A DNA stretch of 64,000 bases from Candidatus Sumerlaeales bacterium (GTDB lineage Bacteria; Sumerlaeota; Sumerlaeia; Sumerlaeales; Sumerlaeaceae), in NCBI GenBank assembly GCA_038243585.1, contig JBBSQY010000011.1, forward strand, positions 16,154 to 80,153. Direction: 5' to 3'. The notes below the pieces were generated by a model. The model was given only the letters and a program-made list of their open reading frames with translations, ran no database searches and had not been told where the DNA came from. How positions within the stretch are numbered: the stretch's first letter is position 1; the number at the start of each line of letters is the position of its first letter. This document shows positions 57,974-64,000 of the stretch, one piece after another. Both the position numbers and the translations under genes were made by a program.

Positions 57974-58637
57974 TATCGATAAATGGCGCCTGCGGTTCAA
58001 TGAGTATCTTGAACAGCATTGGCAAACCGATGATGCGGCCCATGACATCCACCACCTCCACCGCGTATGGAAGACGTGCCAGCTGCTCCGGTGCGAAGAA
58101 GGCAATCTCGCTGATGAACTTGTCATACTGACGGCCTGCTATTTCCACGATTTTGTGACCTTGCCGAAGAACAATCCCGCACGGGCACAGGCTTCCCTTT
58201 TGAGCGCGGATAAGGTTGAGGCGCTCCTGACATTAGATGAAACTTTTAAAGATTTTCCGAGGGAACTAATCCACGGGGTGCACCATGCGATCCATGCCCA
58301 TAGCTTTTCGGCTCAGATTCCCGTGCAAACACCGGAAGCGGCAATATTGCAGGATGCAGATCGCATGGAAGCATTAGGCGCTATCGGTCTTGCCCGAATG
58401 TTCTACACGGCGGGCAAAATGGGCAGCGCATTGTTTGATCCGGAAGACATATTGGCAGTCAATCGCCCGCTCGATGACAACAGGTTTTCTCTGGATCACA
58501 TCGCAGCGAAACTGCTGACGCTGCCAGAGACGATGAACACAAACGCTGGCCGAAACATGGCGGAGCGGGAAGCCGAATTTCTACGCCATTTCCGGGCAAA
58601 GCTGATTTCCGAGGCTGAAGGATTCCGCCCTCTTTAA
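57966..58637 (+). CDS. HD-domain phosphohydrolase
   Basis: HD motif (HDIHHLHRV...YFHDF) plus downstream D. It overlaps mobA by 8 nt. Confidence 0.6.
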   Translation: MTDIDKWRLRFNEYLEQHWQTDDAAHDIHHLHRVWKTCQLLRCEEGNLADELVILTACYFHDFVTLPKNNPARAQASLLSADKVEALLTLDETFKDFPRELIHGVHHAIHAHSFSAQIPVQTPEAAILQDADRMEALGAIGLARMFYTAGKMGSALFDPEDILAVNRPLDDNRFSLDHIAAKLLTLPETMNTNAGRNMAEREAEFLRHFRAKLISEAEGFRPL

Positions 58638-58642
58638 ATCGG

Positions 58643-59722
58643 TTAGAAAGAGCGCATTCCGGAAATCATCCTTTTCATCAGCCCCAGGAACGTCGCTATC
58701 CAGGCCGCCAGGGCTATGTAGATAAACACCCGTGGGATAACCAGCAAAAAGTCCAGCCGCATTACTGTTGCCAGACTGTAGGTGCAGACGGTGTACATGG
58801 CTAGCGGAAACACAGCCCCCCAATACTGCGGATCATATTGAAGAGGGTAACGTTTAAAGAGGTGACGCCAGATGCCCAGTATCACCAGCATCGGAATCCA
58901 CCATGTGCCGGTGGCCCAATAAAAGATGGTAGCTCCTTTGAGAAACGGGAGCATCGACATCAGGAATGGCGCATCCACCGAATTTTGAATGAGCCGAGTG
59001 CCGGCTAGTGTGGATATGGCCATTGCTCCCATATTTATCCAATACGGCGGCGAAAGGTCGCCGGGTGAAAACTTGAAAAATGTGTACCTGTAAAAAATGA
59101 GCGAAATCATCCAGGTATAAAGCATACCGCCCCAAAGCCACATAGAGAGCGCCACGAAGTTGAGTTCAACCCTGTACGGTTGGGGCAGGTGTGCCGCCAT
59201 CAGCGCCGTTAAAACGACTACGGATTGCGTGGCCACAACAGAAAGCAACCACGCCCCGGAGATGCCGCTGGATAAATCCGGTTTAATTTCTTTGACGGTC
59301 CATGCGGTAAATATTGCATAGGTGAGGCTTACCCACAACAGCGCCGCAATGGCCAGCATGGCAGCGGCAATGTTAAATTGCTGATATATTATTATAAACT
59401 GTGATCCCACGACACAGGTACTAGCCACAAAGGTAAAGAAGCCAGGACCGACCTGGTGACTTACCATATCTGAAAAAAAGTGACGAGGATAATAAACCAC
59501 CCGGGTCATATTAACAAACATCAATACTAGGTAAACAGCCAGGTTCAGGAAGAATAGCCCCTCGGCTAGCCATGGCACCGAAAGCAAGTGGGCGGCGATG
59601 GACAGAGTCCCGGTCGCCATTGCCATCGCAAAATAAGAGGGTGGGAAATCGCGGACAACGTTACGCAGGCCCTTTTCAGGTATCGCAGCAGCATTTTGCA
59701 GTTTAGAAAGATCGTTCATCAA
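58643..59722 (-). CDS. TehA/Mae1/SLAC1-like tellurite-resistance/dicarboxylate transporter (TDT) family anion channel
   Basis: Ten TM helices. The N-terminal region DFPPSYFAMAMATGTLSIAAHLL is typical of the TehA family as I recall it. Confidence 0.6.
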   Translation of the reverse strand: MMNDLSKLQNAAAIPEKGLRNVVRDFPPSYFAMAMATGTLSIAAHLLSVPWLAEGLFFLNLAVYLVLMFVNMTRVVYYPRHFFSDMVSHQVGPGFFTFVASTCVVGSQFIIIYQQFNIAAAMLAIAALLWVSLTYAIFTAWTVKEIKPDLSSGISGAWLLSVVATQSVVVLTALMAAHLPQPYRVELNFVALSMWLWGGMLYTWMISLIFYRYTFFKFSPGDLSPPYWINMGAMAISTLAGTRLIQNSVDAPFLMSMLPFLKGATIFYWATGTWWIPMLVILGIWRHLFKRYPLQYDPQYWGAVFPLAMYTVCTYSLATVMRLDFLLVIPRVFIYIALAAWIATFLGLMKRMISGMRSF

Positions 59723-59799
59723 TACCGTTCACTTTTGTCTCAAGAGACAGCATTCTCGTAAGGCCAAAAGCAATACAATAACGTGGTTTAGCCAACCAG

Positions 59800-62700
59800 G
59801 TGCCTGCCCAGGTATTGAGTCAGAAGAAACTTTCCATGGGGTGTGGAGATTCTGAGAGAAAATCACGTTTCAATAGAAGTCCGTTTTCCTGGCTTCATCG
59901 GAAGCTTTTGTTTATGGAGTTCATCAACTTGCGTGAACGAACCCTGCCGGCTGGTTTGAACTTGCAACACCTGTCTTCCACGGCCACTGATTACGGTATG
60001 ATCCTCTACAATTTAATTTCCCGCGGCAGGTTTTCCCAACTCATAAACATCACCTTGGGAATTTGCATTTTTGTTTGGCTTTGTGCAAATGGTTCAGCGG
60101 ATAATTTAGCTGTGGGAAGTGGGACACTGGCAATGGATGCTGCTGGCAAGCCCACTCAATTGCAATTCGCCGATGGCGTCGAGTTCAGGTTTAATATGCA
60201 GGTACCGATTTGTTTTTTAGAGACAGAAAAAGGCAACATTGCACCGACGACAGTCGAAGCCAACGAAACGACCCTGAAGGTTATTTTTGAAGACGGATCA
60301 ACCGCTAGTTTCGAGCTGGAATCGGATCCTGATTTCACACTGTATCGCCTGAAAGTCCTTGACCTTAAAACCTCAGCGGCGAAAATGAGACTTTTTAGCC
60401 TGCCCATTCCGAAAGGTGCCAGTGTGAGTGGGACGTTAAACGGATATTTTATTAAAGATAAAGCGGTTGCTTTAATGGCGGGAACTCCTGATGTGCTTGC
60501 GTCAACAGCCTTCAGTGGCTCTCGCTCCGCAGATCGTGCCGGGTGTAGTCATCAGTTCCAACAGACCACAAGCTCTAAGCATGGAGATCATGCCGCAAAG
60601 TTTACCGCGATCTGTGATGAGAAGCCAAGTGGCTGGAGCATGAGGGGCCGGACCATTACCCCCTCGATAGACATTGAAAAGATGATCGGCCTGAGTGCCT
60701 GGATTCACGGAGATGGTCTCGGTGAACAGCTAAAGTTTCAACTTGATGACGGCAAGGGCGGTGCCCGAGACTACTATGTACCCGTTGATTTTAAAGGATG
60801 GCGTCACGTCCAAATGACTTCAGCATCACTAGACACAATGGGCGAAGACCGCCTTGCGGGTTTGAATCTTTATTACAACAGCGTCCCGTCAGAAGCGAAC
60901 GTCGCTTGTGTCATTGACGATATCCGCGGAATATTTGAAAAGGATGACGGCACAACTTCAACCGTCTTGATTGAAGATTTTGAAAAGGCGGAATCACCCT
61001 GGTGGAGTGATACAGTTCAGACGATCAATCTGGAAATGGAAGAACAGTATGGTTATGAAGATGCCGTTTTTGGTATCATTGCCTGTCCGGAAGAGCGTTT
61101 CTTCGACGTAGTTCAAAGATTTGAATCGGCTGCAGAAATTCCGGTTCCCCGCCCCGGTGGCGTATGGAACAAGCATTCTCCACTTGTGCAAAAATCGTAT
61201 CTCTTCCTCCAGTCGTTTTCTGAAGCGCAGTTTGATGATGCGCTGGCGCTGGCGAAACGTGGCGGTTTTGAACAGATTCTTCTTGGACAGGGATCGTGGT
61301 GCCAATCAACAGGACATTATGAAATCAACCGTAAGAGTTTCCCGGATGGTCTTCCGGGGCTTGTCCGAATTGTTAAGCGATTCCGCGATGAGGGCATTGA
61401 TGTAGGCTTGCATTTGCTGGGTGCATCCATAGATTCAAACGACCCTTACATTACCCCGGTACCTGATCCGCGCCTGGTAACTGATGCATCTACTACCCTG
61501 ACAACAAATATGGATGAGGTAACTACCACGGTCATTGTTGAAGACATGCCCGCAGGCTTTCCGAGCGAAGATGGCGGGTATGAGGGTAAAGGAACAGTAC
61601 TGCGTATTGGCGATGAACTCGTCAGTTATGGTGAGCGCACCAACAGCGCCCCGTATACTTTTACAAGGTGCAAGCGCGGATACCTCGGCACTCGCGCTGC
61701 GACTCATTCAAGTGGCGCGCAGGTGCAGCATCTGGCGCGATCCTTTGGTTACCACATGTTCGATATGGACACTACATTGCTGGATGAAGTAACGTCCAAT
61801 TTTGCGGTCGTCGCCAATGCCTGTGACATTGGAATGCTCTACTTTGATGGCTCCGAATGGCTTCAGGGCGACCATCGTCGTTATAATGCAAAGTTGATTA
61901 AGGCCTACGTTGATAAGTTGGATCGGAAAGATATTATCATCCAGGCCAGCAGCTACTCCCACTACTCATGGCATCTGTTGGCGCGTTCGGCTTCGGCAGA
62001 TGGTCACGGAGATCTGAAAGGTTACCTTGAAGAGAGATCTCCGGGATTTGCATTAATGGAACGCGACGGTATGCCTCTTGATATTGGCTGGTATTATGGC
62101 TACGATGCCTCAGCCACACCGGATATGTATGAGTACATTCTGGGAACAACTATCGGTTACAGTGGCTCATTCTCTTACCAGGCTTCTGTAGCTGCCGCTC
62201 AGAAACATCCTTTTACGGGCGAGATCCTTGACCTGATTAAGCAGTATGAGTTGCTGCGCCTCTCCGGTCGCGTGCCCGACAAGATGCGGCAACTTCTCCA
62301 AGTTGCGAAAGAACTGATGGGCAGGCCGCCTGAAGATGCAAACCGTCCTACGGAATTGCGGCGCGACTATCACCTGACAGAAGTCGACGGCAAAGAAGCG
62401 TTTCAGCGTATTGTCTATACGCCGTGGAAAACGGCCGACTCTCCTGGAAAAGAACTGTCATGGAAGGTTGATGTGACGACAGGTCCGGCACAAATTGGCC
62501 TGCAGATCCAGGCACAGAGCGGGCCATGGCCGAACGCTAGTGCATCTTATACTACTTCATCTGCCATCCTGTTGGAAGGTTTTGAGAACCTTGATGGTTG
62601 GGTAGGTGATGGTAAATTCGGTACAACTTCGGACGGTGTGACACAAACCCTTACTTTGTCGACCGATCATACGCCCGAAGGAACCAGCTTTGCCGTTTAT

Positions 62701-63327
62701 ACCGCCTCAAGCTCGTCAAATAATGACGACGGCTGGGCTTGTTTTCCTCACCACTTAGATACTCCGATTGATCTTTCACAATCAGCCGGACTAGGCTTAT
62801 GGTTACGAGGTGATGGAAACGGCGGGCTTTTCAAAGTCCAGCTATTAAGCGGTAAAGACGCAGTTGATCGTTACATCCATAACGACTATACGGGCTGGCG
62901 CTACCACCAACTGCCCCGCTCCTCTGGAGACAAGATCGACTATAGCTCTGTGACAGCACTTAATCTTTACTTTAACACCATGCCATCAAACACACAGATA
63001 TGTTGTGGTATCGACGGGATTAAGGCCATTCCTGCATTGGATAATCCCACTGTAAAAAATCCATGGGTTGAGGTTGCGGGTCAACGTATGGAGTGGAAGG
63101 GCGACATGACAGAGGGTCAATATTTGTTCATGGAACCGAACAAGCCAGCAATGCTTTTTGGTGCTCCCGTTACACAGGCGACAATCGTTGCGACTCCACA
63201 ACCAATGATAGTTTTACCTGTTGGTTCCCATGAGGTTAGGTTTGGATATGATAAAGAATCGTTGCTTGCATTGCGCGTCCGGGTCATTGTCCACCCTCCG
63301 GAAAAGCATATGATTTCAATTAAATAG
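59800..63327 (+). CDS. Large (about 1100-1175 aa) secreted hypothetical protein with two copies of an approximately 150 aa beta-sandwich module flanking a putative TIM-barrel glycosidase-like core
   Basis: The internal repeat is visible (IGLSAWIHGDGLGEQLKFQLDDGKGGARDYYVPVDFKGWRHVQM...LNLYYNSVPSEANVACVIDDIRGI versus AGLGLWLRGDGNGGLFKVQLLSGKDAVDRYIHNDYTGWRYHQL...LNLYFNTMPSNTQICCGIDGIKAI). The likely start is the ATG near 59998 (MILYNLISRGRFSQLINITLGICIFVWLCANGSA). Confidence 0.5.
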   Translation: MPAQVLSQKKLSMGCGDSERKSRFNRSPFSWLHRKLLFMEFINLRERTLPAGLNLQHLSSTATDYGMILYNLISRGRFSQLINITLGICIFVWLCANGSADNLAVGSGTLAMDAAGKPTQLQFADGVEFRFNMQVPICFLETEKGNIAPTTVEANETTLKVIFEDGSTASFELESDPDFTLYRLKVLDLKTSAAKMRLFSLPIPKGASVSGTLNGYFIKDKAVALMAGTPDVLASTAFSGSRSADRAGCSHQFQQTTSSKHGDHAAKFTAICDEKPSGWSMRGRTITPSIDIEKMIGLSAWIHGDGLGEQLKFQLDDGKGGARDYYVPVDFKGWRHVQMTSASLDTMGEDRLAGLNLYYNSVPSEANVACVIDDIRGIFEKDDGTTSTVLIEDFEKAESPWWSDTVQTINLEMEEQYGYEDAVFGIIACPEERFFDVVQRFESAAEIPVPRPGGVWNKHSPLVQKSYLFLQSFSEAQFDDALALAKRGGFEQILLGQGSWCQSTGHYEINRKSFPDGLPGLVRIVKRFRDEGIDVGLHLLGASIDSNDPYITPVPDPRLVTDASTTLTTNMDEVTTTVIVEDMPAGFPSEDGGYEGKGTVLRIGDELVSYGERTNSAPYTFTRCKRGYLGTRAATHSSGAQVQHLARSFGYHMFDMDTTLLDEVTSNFAVVANACDIGMLYFDGSEWLQGDHRRYNAKLIKAYVDKLDRKDIIIQASSYSHYSWHLLARSASADGHGDLKGYLEERSPGFALMERDGMPLDIGWYYGYDASATPDMYEYILGTTIGYSGSFSYQASVAAAQKHPFTGEILDLIKQYELLRLSGRVPDKMRQLLQVAKELMGRPPEDANRPTELRRDYHLTEVDGKEAFQRIVYTPWKTADSPGKELSWKVDVTTGPAQIGLQIQAQSGPWPNASASYTTSSAILLEGFENLDGWVGDGKFGTTSDGVTQTLTLSTDHTPEGTSFAVYTASSSSNNDDGWACFPHHLDTPIDLSQSAGLGLWLRGDGNGGLFKVQLLSGKDAVDRYIHNDYTGWRYHQLPRSSGDKIDYSSVTALNLYFNTMPSNTQICCGIDGIKAIPALDNPTVKNPWVEVAGQRMEWKGDMTEGQYLFMEPNKPAMLFGAPVTQATIVATPQPMIVLPVGSHEVRFGYDKESLLALRVRVIVHPPEKHMISIK

Positions 63328-63697
63328 GATAGCTAGTTTCTACCGAAAAGCACTGAATTAAATCAATAGTATGCGATAGAAAGTTTGCTAGACCGTTGAT
63401 TGATCAGCACGCATATTGATCCTAACATTCAGATCGAGGCCGAGAGGCTGGCAGGGAACCGTCGATCGTCCATAGAAGCAGTCGTTCTCCGAAAAGCTTG
63501 GATGGCAGAGATCGCGCGAGAGCGTGTTTATTACAACGTTGTAATTTCCCGAGAACGTGTAAGCGCATGCAGAAGATATCGAAAAAAAGCTATCGTGATA
63601 GACGGGAATGATTTCGTAACCTGTACCGCTTTTTGCCCCAGGGTTAAAACGGAATTTCCTAGCAGTCGGTACAAAACCAATCACCTTAAGGACAGCA

Positions 63698-64000
63698 ATG
63701 AAAAATCTCTTCTTACTACTGGGATGTATCATATTATCCAGTCTTCATTTTGATGCAGATGCGCAAACCGCCGCCATCGATGATCAACACCCGCTTGGCA
63801 AATCCGCGCCAGAGGCGCGCGAGCAATGGACGAAATTGACGACTGGAACCGAGCTGGCGCTTGGTAAAAAGGTCTTCTTTAATCCAGCCCCCAACTATCC
63901 TTTAACGACCGATAGCAACGATCCGCATGATTTGACGGACGGCACCCTGTCTTCGCTCACGGATGATCGTGTGTGGTTTAATAAGGACGCGGTGGGTTGG
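63698..64000 (+). CDS. Secreted hypothetical protein, 5' portion (runs off the window end)
   Basis: The ATG at 63698 gives MKNLFLLLGCIILSSLHFDADAQTAAIDDQHPLGKSAPEAREQWTKL..., a signal peptide followed by an open frame to base 64000. Confidence 0.4.
   Translation, partial: MKNLFLLLGCIILSSLHFDADAQTAAIDDQHPLGKSAPEAREQWTKLTTGTELALGKKVFFNPAPNYPLTTDSNDPHDLTDGTLSSLTDDRVWFNKDAVGW

Noticed and set aside
63400-63753. 117 aa ORF in the last intergenic region
   Set aside because: Arg-rich with no RBS. It overlaps the more plausible signal-peptide ORF that starts at 63698 in another frame.
1-64000. CRISPR arrays, integrases/transposases, prophage genes
   Set aside because: No regularly spaced short repeat arrays and no recombinase-like ORFs appear in any frame. 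The only large repeat is the amidase segmental duplication.

Overview
This 64 kb window is a chromosomal segment from a Gram-negative bacterium of moderate GC content. The gene content points to a soil Verrucomicrobia- or Acidobacteria-like organism, with giant secreted proteins built of carboxypeptidase-regulatory-like repeats, PD40 and TPR proteins, and many glycoside hydrolases. I found no tRNA or rRNA genes, CRISPR arrays or transposases. The first 23 kb is mostly housekeeping: rlpA, trpA, a thioredoxin-reductase-like ferredoxin-NADP reductase, a ZnuA-like metal-binding protein, nadC, glnA, a CDF transporter, proB, a TauE exporter, prfA, gluconokinase and an ABC ATPase. It also holds two tandem paralogous small secreted proteins and a 1284 aa repeat-rich surface protein. 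The middle (23-45 kb) is an envelope and carbohydrate region. It contains GH13, GH97 and phosphodiester-glycosidase enzymes, a truncated haemoglobin, a porin-like protein in an operon with a 986 aa repeat protein, and a roughly 1 kb segmental duplication giving two MurNAc-L-alanine amidase genes flanking a TolB-like PD40 gene. The last third (45-58 kb) is the most unusual. A translationally coupled Moco operon (moaA, a moaC-mogA fusion, an embedded TauE gene, moeA, moaD, moaE) is followed by a coupled operon encoding a NarI-like membrane cytochrome b, a NasA/NarB-like molybdopterin subunit with no Tat signal, a DmsB/NarH-like four-cluster ferredoxin, a bc1/AioB-type Rieske protein with a Tat-like anchor, and a small membrane protein. 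NarK, mobA and an HD hydrolase follow. I read this as a candidate undescribed quinol-linked nitrate (or other oxyanion) oxidoreductase architecture. The window ends with a TehA/SLAC1-like anion channel and a 1175 aa glycosidase-like protein with duplicated beta-sandwich modules. All coordinates and calls come from reading the sequence and ORF translations; no database searches were run.
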